A program made the position numbers and the translations under genes. A DNA stretch of 64,000 bases from Lachnospiraceae bacterium. Lineage in GTDB: Bacteria; Bacillota; Clostridia; Lachnospirales; Lachnospiraceae. Location: assembly GCA_022510615.1 (NCBI GenBank), contig JAFLTC010000002.1, forward strand, positions 67,850 through 131,849, read 5' to 3'. Below the pieces are notes generated by a model. The model made no database searches. It saw only the letters and a program-made list of their open reading frames with translations, and was not told the DNA's origin. Positions 48,592 through 57,282 of this stretch are shown here, piece by piece (the stretch's first letter is position 1; every line of letters starts with the position of its first letter).

Positions 48592-49221
48592 ATGAATATC
48601 AGATTGGATCAGGGAGGTTTCTTAAGTAATATATTGGGACCCAGCACGAAAAGTGCACAGCATCTTGCGGAGCGGCAGAAAAAATGTGAGAATGAGGTAA
48701 ATTACTGGGAAGGAAAAAAGGAAAGCTTAAAGGGCGTGAAATGTGAAACGGTGGAGGAAATCGCCGAAAAGCTTGATGCGCTGCAATCCTATCAGGATCA
48801 GATTGCGGCGGTAAAGACCGCTTATAATAATGAGCAGATGTGGCATGTATTAGACGAAGCGAAGGAGATCGGCGAAAAGATTGCCGAGGAAGCAGAAAAG
48901 AATGCACCAAAGACTGCCGAGGAAAGAAGAGAAGAACTGGCAGAGGAAGTACTGGGAACCGAAGAAAACAAAGGCGTGCTGTCAGAAGCACTGGAGGAAC
49001 TTAGAGAGGTTGCAGAAGAAACTCTGGAACAGATGTCAGAGGAAGAGATGTCCCACGAGATATCGGATGCCATAAAAGAGGCAGAAGAGGCGACGGAGGA
49101 CAAAAAGGAACTGACAGAAACGATAGAGGAAGATATCGCAGAGGCCGTGCAGGAGGATGTGATTCGGAAGGCTTCGTTAAAGAAACAAGATGGTTACAAA
49201 AGAATGGACATACGAATTTAA
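48592..49221 (+). CDS. Acidic coiled-coil hypothetical protein
   Basis: Strong RBS. Glu-rich and ends in GYKRMDIRI. Confidence 0.75.
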   Translation: MNIRLDQGGFLSNILGPSTKSAQHLAERQKKCENEVNYWEGKKESLKGVKCETVEEIAEKLDALQSYQDQIAAVKTAYNNEQMWHVLDEAKEIGEKIAEEAEKNAPKTAEERREELAEEVLGTEENKGVLSEALEELREVAEETLEQMSEEEMSHEISDAIKEAEEATEDKKELTETIEEDIAEAVQEDVIRKASLKKQDGYKRMDIRI

Positions 49222-49244
49222 TAATAATCGATTGAAGAATGATT

Positions 49245-49286
49245 GGTGCCAGCCCGGATTTTTTTTCGGCTGGCACTATTTTGTTT
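49245..49286 (+). terminator. Probable terminator
   Basis: GTGCCAGCC...GGCTGGCAC followed by TATTTTGTTT. Confidence 0.65.
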
Positions 49287-49377
49287 CCGGGAGTTATTTT
49301 TTTCCTAAAAGGTGCCGATATACAAAATAGCGACATTAGCGACAAGGAAGTCATTTTAAAATCAAGGAGGGACAAAT

Positions 49378-50043
49378 ATGAACAAGATTGACAATTACAG
49401 TATTTATCAGAATAATTATTATGAGAATACGGTAAAGAAAAACGAAAAAAACGACAAAACACAGAAAACTAAAACAGACGAGACGAAAAAGAAAAAACAG
49501 GTAGAGCTGAGTGACAAGGCAAAGGCATTATTACAGGAACTGCAAAAAAAATATGGGAATATGGATTTCATCATAGCAAATTATGAAACGGAGGAAGAGG
49601 CAGCTTCTTATCTTTCCCGCGGAACAAAGGAGTTCACTGTGCTGATTGAGCCAGAGCTGTTAGAAGAGATGGCAGCGGATGATTCTGTTAAGGAAAAATA
49701 CCTTGGAATCATTGACGGGGCAACACAGAATTTGCAGGATATGAAACAGAAGCTTGGTGAGGAAGGAAAGGATATAACCAGACTGGGAATCACCATTGAT
49801 AAGGACGGAACGGTATCTTACTTTGCAGAGCTGGAGCAGCTCAGTGAAAAACGCCAGGAGCATCTTGAAAAAACAAAAGAAAACAAAAAGGCAGAAAAGG
49901 CTGAGCAGGAAAGAACGAAACGAGCCCAGGTGCGAGCAGATTCTATAGAAGAACTACTGGAAAAGATTAAAAATCTTGACTGGGACAAAATTCGGGAGGA
50001 AGAGAAGGCAACAAGCGGAGATAAGTTTGACCTTAGCATTTAA
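49378..50043 (+). CDS. DUF6033-like hypothetical protein
   Basis: VELSDKAKALLQEL-x2-KYG, LLEEMAAD and GITIDKDG motifs. Ends in SGDKFDLSI. GCCGATAT lies upstream at 49314. Confidence 0.7.
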   Translation: MNKIDNYSIYQNNYYENTVKKNEKNDKTQKTKTDETKKKKQVELSDKAKALLQELQKKYGNMDFIIANYETEEEAASYLSRGTKEFTVLIEPELLEEMAADDSVKEKYLGIIDGATQNLQDMKQKLGEEGKDITRLGITIDKDGTVSYFAELEQLSEKRQEHLEKTKENKKAEKAEQERTKRAQVRADSIEELLEKIKNLDWDKIREEEKATSGDKFDLSI

Positions 50044-50067
50044 TTAAGAATATCGGGAATAAACTTT

Positions 50068-50133
50068 AGGGGCAAATTTTTACATGCAACGCGTAACCAT
50101 GTCTCGTGGAAAGCATGTAAAGATTTGCCCTTT
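50068..50133. terminator. Long hairpin between the DUF6033-like gene and the ECF sigma gene
   Basis: AGGGGCAAATTTTTACATGC / GCATGTAAAGATTTGCCCTTT with a 25-nt loop. Confidence 0.6.
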
Positions 50134-50156
50134 AAAAATATTACGAGGCATACAAG

Positions 50157-50693
50157 ATGATAGAGTTACTCCTACTAATTGAAACACCGGAAGATAAAAT
50201 CAAATTTGAAAAACTGTATAAGAATATTCATCGCAGGCTATTATATGTAGCGCTGAAATTTTTGCATAACCAGCAGGATGCGGAGGATATTGTCCATGAT
50301 GTATTTGCCAAGATTGCAAAAGATTATCCCAAATATCGGGGAAAGCCGGAGAAAGAAATGCTGAGTCTCGGTTTTGTTATGGTGAGGAATGCAAGCATTA
50401 ATTTGATTCGCGCCAGAGAACGCCATAAAGAAACTCCGATTGAAATCAAGGACGATCTGCTGGGAACAGAGGCAGATCCTTTGGAAGATGTACTGAAAGA
50501 GGAAAATGTGGAAGTTCTGAATCAGGCTCTGACAGATCTGAATGAAGAGGATAAAAATATTTTAGTTCTTCGTTATTACCACAGCATGAGTTACAAGGAA
50601 ATTGGAAAACTATTAGGGTTGAAGGTAAAAACAATTGATATGCGTCTGTATCGTATAAAGAAGAGGTTGAGGGAGGTAATTTCATATGAATAG
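50157..50693 (+). CDS. ECF sigma-70 factor
   Basis: DAEDIVHDVF (region 2) and LRYYHSMSYKEIG...RLYRIKKRL (region 4). Confidence 0.92.
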   Translation: MIELLLLIETPEDKIKFEKLYKNIHRRLLYVALKFLHNQQDAEDIVHDVFAKIAKDYPKYRGKPEKEMLSLGFVMVRNASINLIRARERHKETPIEIKDDLLGTEADPLEDVLKEENVEVLNQALTDLNEEDKNILVLRYYHSMSYKEIGKLLGLKVKTIDMRLYRIKKRLREVISYE

Positions 50694-51381
50694 TGAAGAA
50701 CTTTTAAGGCAGGCGGTCATTCAGTTTCATGAAGCAGAACTAAAGTTGTTGCCAATAAACGAATCGTTGGAAAATGAAATAGAAGTCAGCCCGGAATTTG
50801 AACTCCGAATGCAACAAATGATTCGCAAAAGCAGGCGGCATGCCGTTGTGAATAAAATTGCCCGCCGGGCAGCAGGTTTCTTTATCGGTATTGTTGCAGG
50901 CATTGTTTTCCTGTGTACCGTCAATGAAAATATCAGGGCAAGGTGTTTGCAATTTTTAAGAGAAATTATAGATGGCATGACACAATATAGCAGCACAATG
51001 GAAACGCCAAATCCGGTAGATGAAGATATCATCGGGTTGCAGCTTGGGTATGTGCCGGCGGGGTTTGAGTTGACTTACAGTAATTTGAGTGAAGGAATGA
51101 TCACTTACAAACTCTCAGATAAAGAAATCTATCTGGATTTTGATTATGATAAAACAGCGAATGCTAATATCAGGTTATACAGTGAGCATTCTACGGTAAA
51201 AAAAGTTATATTAAAGGACGGAAGTGAGTGTGACTACTATAAAGGCGAGAGAGAAGAAGATCCGGATTTACTCATATGGCAGATAGGGCAATATGCCTGT
51301 TACCTATCAATTACCGGTGATTTTGATAATATTAATGAAGAATTAATAAAAATAGCAGAAAACGTTCAGATAATTAAATAG
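50686..51381 (+). CDS. Anti-sigma-like membrane protein (DUF4367-type)
   Basis: Overlaps the sigma gene. S-x-EFE-RM, one TM helix, YVPAGFEL and EELIKIAEN motifs. Confidence 0.8.
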   Translation: MNSEELLRQAVIQFHEAELKLLPINESLENEIEVSPEFELRMQQMIRKSRRHAVVNKIARRAAGFFIGIVAGIVFLCTVNENIRARCLQFLREIIDGMTQYSSTMETPNPVDEDIIGLQLGYVPAGFELTYSNLSEGMITYKLSDKEIYLDFDYDKTANANIRLYSEHSTVKKVILKDGSECDYYKGEREEDPDLLIWQIGQYACYLSITGDFDNINEELIKIAENVQIIK

Positions 51382-51386
51382 TGGTT

Positions 51387-51419
51387 TGTAGGATAAGCCT
51401 TCTTAAATTTGTTATTTAG
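51387..51419 (+). promoter_or_regulatory. Candidate ECF promoter, copy 1
   Basis: TGTAGGA...AATTTGTTAT, with identical spacing to 53328-53360. Confidence 0.6.
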
Positions 51420-51450
51420 GGTGAAAACAAATTTAAGGAGGCTTTTTTAT

Positions 51451-51846
51451 ATGAAAAGGTTTATTCGAATCAAATGTATCATTTTAGCGTTGGTATTAAT
51501 GTGTCAGTTTGTACTTGTCAAACAGGAGGCACAGGCCCAGGTCAATGCTGCCTCGGCAACTGTAAAATTAAGTTTTAGTGGTAAGACGGCAACTTGTGGT
51601 GCCAAAATTGTTGGTCTTTCAGGGGTAAACAAAATTACCGGAACACTTAAGCTGAAAAAGATAGAAAATAAAACTACTACCACAATTAAAACCTGGACAA
51701 TATCGGAAAGTGCAAGAACAATGGCAATGACAAAAACTTATAAAGTATCCTCAACGGGACAATATAAGGTGGTAATGTCTGTTAAGGTATATAAGGGCGG
51801 GGAGGCTCAGCAGATTACCATGAGCATATCGAGGTTTTGTATATGA
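51451..51846 (+). CDS. Small secreted beta-rich protein
   Basis: AAGGAGG RBS. Signal peptide ending in AQA. Confidence 0.75.
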   Translation: MKRFIRIKCIILALVLMCQFVLVKQEAQAQVNAASATVKLSFSGKTATCGAKIVGLSGVNKITGTLKLKKIENKTTTTIKTWTISESARTMAMTKTYKVSSTGQYKVVMSVKVYKGGEAQQITMSISRFCI

Positions 51847-51982
51847 TGAAGATGCGAAAGGAAAAGCTAGTTGGAGTAAAGATTCTGTCAGTTGAATAAA
51901 AAATAAAGGATGAGAGTATCCCTCCAAAAGGGTATAATGGAATTGAACCAAAAAACCATAACCCCAAAAGGAGGGATATATT

Positions 51983-53212
51983 TTGAAAAGAATTGTATAT
52001 ATATTTATTTTACTACTATTAAGTTTTACTGTTTTACATGGCAAAGCAAAAGCAGACAGTAGCGACAAAAAAATTAATTTAATTTTATTACGTTCAGATT
52101 CATTTGTTTTGACAAATGAAAGAGGAGAAAAATTAAATTATAATATGGAAAAGGTAACCGGAAATATGAAAGTGTACGAAAATAGGAAATTTGGGCTTCA
52201 AAAAAGAATTATGACTATTGACATGAGTAGCAAGTTTACATATCAAAGTAAAAAGACAACATCGTATTTGTGTTTAACTAATGATCAATGGTATAGTAGA
52301 ATGGTCACTCAAAATGCTACTTCTATTACGATACGTTATAGCAAAGATATGTCAATAATTCAAGCAAAAGGGGAGAATTTGACATTTACGCTTAATACGG
52401 ATAGTGTTCTGGCAGAGGAATCTTTTCTTACTATAACCGGTACAGGAAATAACGTGGAAATGAAAAATAGTAAAAAAGGGATTGAACTATCCAATTTAAC
52501 AGGAGCTTGTGATTTTAAAAGCAATGATTTACAATACAATAAAGATAGCGAAACCAGGTTGTGTTTCTTGCCAATCGCAAACAAAGTACAAATAAAAAAA
52601 CCAATGAGTAAAAAATTAAAAGTAGCGGGAGCGATTCCGTATAGCAAGAAGGTTTCAAAAACGGTAAAAAATGTCCATGTGCTGCCGGTGTCAAAAACTT
52701 CTCAGGCAGTTTCCTTTAACAAGGTAAAAAAGGCAAAGGGTTATGTGATTTACCGCCAAAAAAACGGTGGCGAAATGGAGCAGGCAGCAGTTTTAAAGGG
52801 AAATGGCTCCACCGTATGGATAGACAAAAATATTCCGGCGGGGGAACTGCAAACCTATGCTATTTCATCCTACAAAATAAAGGATGGGAATAAGGTTTAT
52901 TCTCAAAAGAGCTATTTAGTAAGTGGTGTGGTTTCTTCCGATATGAAAGCAAATGCCACCAAAGTTACCTTGAATAAAACGGGTAAGGTAAAGCTGAAAA
53001 AAGGAAAAACCTTAAAGCTAAAAGCAAAAGTGACAGGCACAAAAGGAAAAAAGCTGGTCAGTAAAAAAGTCCGTTGGTACAGTAAGAAAAAATCAGTGGC
53101 TATTGTGACCGGAGACGGAAAGGTGACGGCACTGAAAAACGGAACCTGCAAGATTTATGCTAAGGCTCACAATGGAAAGAACAGTAAAGTGGTAGTAATT
53201 AAGGTTGCGTAA
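51983..53212 (+). CDS. Secreted protein with an FN3-like domain and a C-terminal Big_2 Ig-like domain
   Basis: Signal peptide. KGYVIYR motif. WYSKKKSVAIVTGDGKVTALKNGTCKIYA. Confidence 0.75.
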   Translation: MKRIVYIFILLLLSFTVLHGKAKADSSDKKINLILLRSDSFVLTNERGEKLNYNMEKVTGNMKVYENRKFGLQKRIMTIDMSSKFTYQSKKTTSYLCLTNDQWYSRMVTQNATSITIRYSKDMSIIQAKGENLTFTLNTDSVLAEESFLTITGTGNNVEMKNSKKGIELSNLTGACDFKSNDLQYNKDSETRLCFLPIANKVQIKKPMSKKLKVAGAIPYSKKVSKTVKNVHVLPVSKTSQAVSFNKVKKAKGYVIYRQKNGGEMEQAAVLKGNGSTVWIDKNIPAGELQTYAISSYKIKDGNKVYSQKSYLVSGVVSSDMKANATKVTLNKTGKVKLKKGKTLKLKAKVTGTKGKKLVSKKVRWYSKKKSVAIVTGDGKVTALKNGTCKIYAKAHNGKNSKVVVIKVA

Positions 53213-53327
53213 TAAGTATAGTGAAATAAAAAATTAAATACCAGAAAGTTCTTCTTTGTGGAGTGGGGCGCGTTTTTTTGCCGCCCTTTTTTTATTGCAA
53301 AATTTTTCAAAAAATTTCTAAAAAGTC

Positions 53328-53360
53328 TGTAGGAAAATCCCATCTGAATTTGTTATCTAA
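53328..53360 (+). promoter_or_regulatory. Candidate ECF promoter, copy 2 (upstream of the LytTR regulator)
   Basis: TGTAGGA...AATTTGTTAT. Confidence 0.6.
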
Positions 53361-53401
53361 TATAGAACAAATGAAAAGCGTATTCAGGAGAGAAAAATAT
53401 A

Positions 53402-54112
53402 ATGATTGAAGTAGCTATTTGTGATGATGTAAGAGAAGACGCCATAGAATTGCAAAGCTATTTTGATAGCAGGATGTATGAAGTAAATTGTGATATTTTT
53501 TCCAATGCCATGGAATTTATTGCAGCAGAGAAAACGTATGATGTAATATTTCTGGATTTTGACCTGCCGGGCATGTCCGGAGAAGAGCTGGCAGAGAAAC
53601 TGCGGGAAGAGGAGACCGACAGCCTTTTAGTCTTTTTTACAGGCACGAGGGAACCGACACCGGAAATATTCACGCTACAGCCCTTTCGTTATCTGATGAA
53701 AGATATGCTGCCCGGACGGATGAAGAGAGAGGTTGGTGAAATACTGGAAAAATGTCGCGAGAGAAAAAAGGCATACCATATATATGCCAAGGAAGCCGGA
53801 GACATTGTGAAGGTGCCGGTTTATACAATTTCCTATATTGAACTGGCAAAGCATGGGAGCATTGTACACACCGTACAAAAAAATCAGCGCCAGCAGTACA
53901 CCCTGCGGGAAAATATACGGGAGATCGGAAAAAAACTGGAGGACTCCGGGTTTGTACAGGCACATAACAGTTATCTGGTAAATATGGAACATATTGTGCG
54001 ATACCATAAAACGTATATTCAGCTGCAGGAGGGAATCCAGTTAAATGTGTCCAGGGCATATCGAAAAAAGTTTGATTTGGCATTCAGGAGGTATTTACTA
54101 AACAAAGGTTGA
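53402..54112 (+). CDS. LytTR family response regulator (AgrA-like)
   Basis: ICDD, FLD-x2-LP, QPFRYLMK, F-x2-HNSYLVN and VSR motifs. Confidence 0.92.
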   Translation: MIEVAICDDVREDAIELQSYFDSRMYEVNCDIFSNAMEFIAAEKTYDVIFLDFDLPGMSGEELAEKLREEETDSLLVFFTGTREPTPEIFTLQPFRYLMKDMLPGRMKREVGEILEKCRERKKAYHIYAKEAGDIVKVPVYTISYIELAKHGSIVHTVQKNQRQQYTLRENIREIGKKLEDSGFVQAHNSYLVNMEHIVRYHKTYIQLQEGIQLNVSRAYRKKFDLAFRRYLLNKG

Positions 54113-54116
54113 AAGG

Positions 54117-55451
54117 ATGAGAGCGACTATGGAATGGTTGGCCAGCCATTTAGTAACGCTTACCAATATGGGTCTCTGCTGTTTTGAAGCATTTATGTTC
54201 TGGGATGTGGGGAAAAGTTTTCTGAAGCTGAGATTTAAAAATTATTGGGAAAACTTTCTGATTCTTGCGGGGCTCATACTGATTAGGCAGATACTAACAG
54301 CCAGAGAGGGTCCTACCACTGTTTTTATTGCATTTTTGTCAGGTTACTTTATCTGCTCCATTATATTGTTTTCTGATTACATTTTATGGAAAAGCATATA
54401 TGTAATCTTTTTTGCCGTTGTACAATGCGTCAGTGAATTGATTTTTTATATTGCGGCATTCGGAATCGGCATACAGGATATCGGACCGGAATCCGCATGG
54501 CAGTATGTCATTTTTGGGTTGATAAGCAAGTTGGTAGCGTTCTTAATTCTTGTGGTTGTTGCAAAAGGATTTTCCCCGGGGCAGATTGGACAGTTGCCAT
54601 GGAAGACTTTTTTTGCCTATTCTATTATGCCGGTTGCCTCATTTTTCATTCTGTTTTTTACCATGTCATTCCCGCCGGGCAACGGGGAGAGCAATACGAT
54701 GAGTGCCGGTCTGGTTGTCAGTAGCGTGGCCGTTCTGACTGCCAATGCGGTACTGCTTCATATCTTCGAGGGCTATGCAGAGAATATGGAGATAAAGCGC
54801 CAGGCAGAGCTGAGTGAGCAAAAGGCTTCCTTAGAGGCGAAGCATTATGAACAACTGGAAAAAATTAATCAGGAAAGCAGTCAGCACATGCATGATGTTA
54901 AACACATTCTCCAGTCAGCGAATCTGCTGCTTGGTTCAGGAGAAATTGAACAGGCACAAAAGGTATTAAGTAATGTGCATGAAAACATGGTTCATACTGA
55001 ACAGGAGCGCTACTGCCGTCACAGCATTATCAATGCCGTGCTTTGTAGCAAGCAGGAAGTAGCAAGGGCCTATGGAATCCAGTATCAGGTTGAGGTTGAA
55101 CCCGTTATCGACAGCGGCGTTCTGAGACCGGAAGATTTGATTGTGGTATTAGGAAATCTGTTAGATAACGCCATTGAGGCGGCATCGGAGTTACAGAGGA
55201 ATGGATTTATTAGAGTTTTTATCAAAATGAGAAACCGGGGTACCTTTTTGTCCATCAGTGTGGAGAATAATTACAGAGAAGAGCCGGAAAGAAGTGGAAA
55301 TCGCTTAATTACACGAAAAAGAAAAAATGAAACACATGGCTGGGGACTGAGAAGCATCAGTCGAATCGTAAAGTCTTGTAACGGAATGGAAAATATTTTC
55401 TATGAAAATAAAGTGTTTATACATCAAGTAGTATTAGGTACAAGACGCTAA
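54117..55451 (+). CDS. GHKL sensor histidine kinase (AgrC/VirS-like)
   Basis: About 6 TM helices. HDVKH, GNLLDNAIEA and HGWGL motifs. Confidence 0.92.
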   Translation: MRATMEWLASHLVTLTNMGLCCFEAFMFWDVGKSFLKLRFKNYWENFLILAGLILIRQILTAREGPTTVFIAFLSGYFICSIILFSDYILWKSIYVIFFAVVQCVSELIFYIAAFGIGIQDIGPESAWQYVIFGLISKLVAFLILVVVAKGFSPGQIGQLPWKTFFAYSIMPVASFFILFFTMSFPPGNGESNTMSAGLVVSSVAVLTANAVLLHIFEGYAENMEIKRQAELSEQKASLEAKHYEQLEKINQESSQHMHDVKHILQSANLLLGSGEIEQAQKVLSNVHENMVHTEQERYCRHSIINAVLCSKQEVARAYGIQYQVEVEPVIDSGVLRPEDLIVVLGNLLDNAIEAASELQRNGFIRVFIKMRNRGTFLSISVENNYREEPERSGNRLITRKRKNETHGWGLRSISRIVKSCNGMENIFYENKVFIHQVVLGTRR

Positions 55452-55480
55452 TAGGTTTTGTGGTTGAGAGTAGATGAAAT

Positions 55481-56206
55481 ATGATTACGAATGTGAAATA
55501 TTGTCGTATTGGAATTTGTGAGGACGACGGGCAATACCGGAATTTTTTAGTTGACCTGATTCGTAGGAATCTGGGAGATGAGGATAACATAGGAATATAT
55601 TTCTTCGCGGACGGAAAAAGTTTATTGTCAAGCAAAGAAAGAAATGAACTGGATATTTTGTTTATGGATGTGGAGCTGCCGGATGGTAACGGGAATGATT
55701 TTGTAAAAGAGTTTCGGCAGACAAACACAAAGGCAATTTTGAACTTTTGCACCAATGTCGGTTATCCTACAGCCGATACTTTTAAATTAGATGTTTACCG
55801 CTATATCCGAAAGGATGTAACGGAAGAAATATTAGAGAGGCAGATTATAGAAATTCTGGAGGAATACCGAAGGAAGAGGAAGCTTAAAAAATTTTATCTG
55901 GCTTCGGAGGAAATCGCTGTTAATATATCGGAAATTTTATACTGTGAAAAGCAAAAGAGAGGAACTAAAATTCATCTGCTGGATCAGGATGAAGGAGTTC
56001 TTGTGTCGGAGCATCTGGATAATATTTTTATCAGACTGGAGCAGTATGGATTTGGAAGGCCCCATGACAGCTATATTGTAAATTTCGAGCACATTATCTG
56101 CGTCAACAGGAAAAAATTGACCTTATTTGGGGGAAGTGAAATGACAATTGCACCCCGCAAATGGAAAAATTTCAGAGAAGCCTTTTATCAATATATAGTA
56201 ATATAG
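55481..56206 (+). CDS. Second LytTR family response regulator
   Basis: ICEDD, FMDVELP, YRYIRK and HDSYIVN motifs. Confidence 0.9.
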   Translation: MITNVKYCRIGICEDDGQYRNFLVDLIRRNLGDEDNIGIYFFADGKSLLSSKERNELDILFMDVELPDGNGNDFVKEFRQTNTKAILNFCTNVGYPTADTFKLDVYRYIRKDVTEEILERQIIEILEEYRRKRKLKKFYLASEEIAVNISEILYCEKQKRGTKIHLLDQDEGVLVSEHLDNIFIRLEQYGFGRPHDSYIVNFEHIICVNRKKLTLFGGSEMTIAPRKWKNFREAFYQYIVI

Positions 56207-56352
56207 GAAGATTCCCTTTTTACAGGAAAAACTGACCAAAATCGCCAAAATTCGACACAATTTTGCCCATTATATTGTAATAGGAACTAAAGTTTACTAT
56301 AACTATAATTGCTTAGGACATACAATATATTGTGGCAGAGGAGGTGAAATGA

Positions 56353-56502
56353 ATGAGAAAACTCATCAAGAAGTGTATGAACAGCGGCGTCATGGCGTCG
56401 TTAGCCCTTGCTTTAGTTATTGCAACGGCAAATTCCAGCTGCTCATGGCTTTTTGGTCAGGAAGAAGAACCAGATGCAGTAAAAGCACTGCGTAAGTTCT
56501 AA
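56353..56502 (+). CDS. agrD: Cyclic (thio)lactone autoinducer peptide precursor (49 aa, absent from the ORF track)
   Basis: GGAGGTG RBS. MRKLIKKCMNSGVMASLALALVIATANSSCSWLFGQEEEPDAVKALRKF has an amphipathic leader, a C-x-W-x-F ring and an acidic Q-x2-EP tail. agrB is nearby. Confidence 0.9.
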   Translation: MRKLIKKCMNSGVMASLALALVIATANSSCSWLFGQEEEPDAVKALRKF

Positions 56503-56648
56503 CACAACACGCTTATATACGCGCGGACCAAAGAATTAACGGGATAGGGGTGAATGAGGACACCGACCGCACCCGCGGGATTCTGCGGTCTGCGCTATAT
56601 AAAGAAAATTGTAGTCAGAAAAAAGGTAAAAAGGAGGCTTTATGATTT

Positions 56649-57266
56649 TTGGGCGATATTATTCTAGTTGAATATGAGAAAACAAGAGGGAAAAAATCTG
56701 CCGTTCAGGAAACGGGCCATCTAAAGGGATTGTTTTTCCTAATACTTATTATCATTTTGCTTGTGGTGAACCAGGTATATATTTATAATCTGTTTGTGCA
56801 GACCGGATTAAATATGCTTGGCTTTTTCGCGGCTTTTCTTTTATTTTACGGACAATGGAAGAAAAGAGAAGCGGTGGACAGGCAAAGTCTCATGGAATAT
56901 GCAGGAGATATGGAGTGTATGGAAAAAGTATTATATTGTCTGGATATTGATACTTATAATAAACTAGGACTTGTCATTGATGAGGTCCGGGCGAGAATAA
57001 TGGATGATGAAGAGGAAAGAAAAAAGAAGGAAAAAATTTCTGTTGTCAGCATCGTGGCGCTGACGGGAATGCTGTCTCTCATCTGCCTGTACCGGGGCGG
57101 AGACATAGACTCATATGTAGAATTGGGAAGCATACTGAATTTTTTTCTTATGGTACTGGCACTACTGTTAGCCTGTGTTTACATCGGAGCCAGATTGTTT
57201 TCTGCCAATCAAAAATATAAATGGCTTTATAAAGTTTTACTAAATGTAATGATTACAAAATTTTAA
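56649..57266 (+). CDS. Hypothetical 4-TM membrane protein between agrD and agrB (start uncertain)
   Basis: Open frame with four hydrophobic segments. The RBS-associated ATG at 56642 is out of frame. Confidence 0.6.
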   Translation: MGDIILVEYEKTRGKKSAVQETGHLKGLFFLILIIILLVVNQVYIYNLFVQTGLNMLGFFAAFLLFYGQWKKREAVDRQSLMEYAGDMECMEKVLYCLDIDTYNKLGLVIDEVRARIMDDEEERKKKEKISVVSIVALTGMLSLICLYRGGDIDSYVELGSILNFFLMVLALLLACVYIGARLFSANQKYKWLYKVLLNVMITKF

Positions 57267-57282
57267 CAGGGAGGATTTAAAT

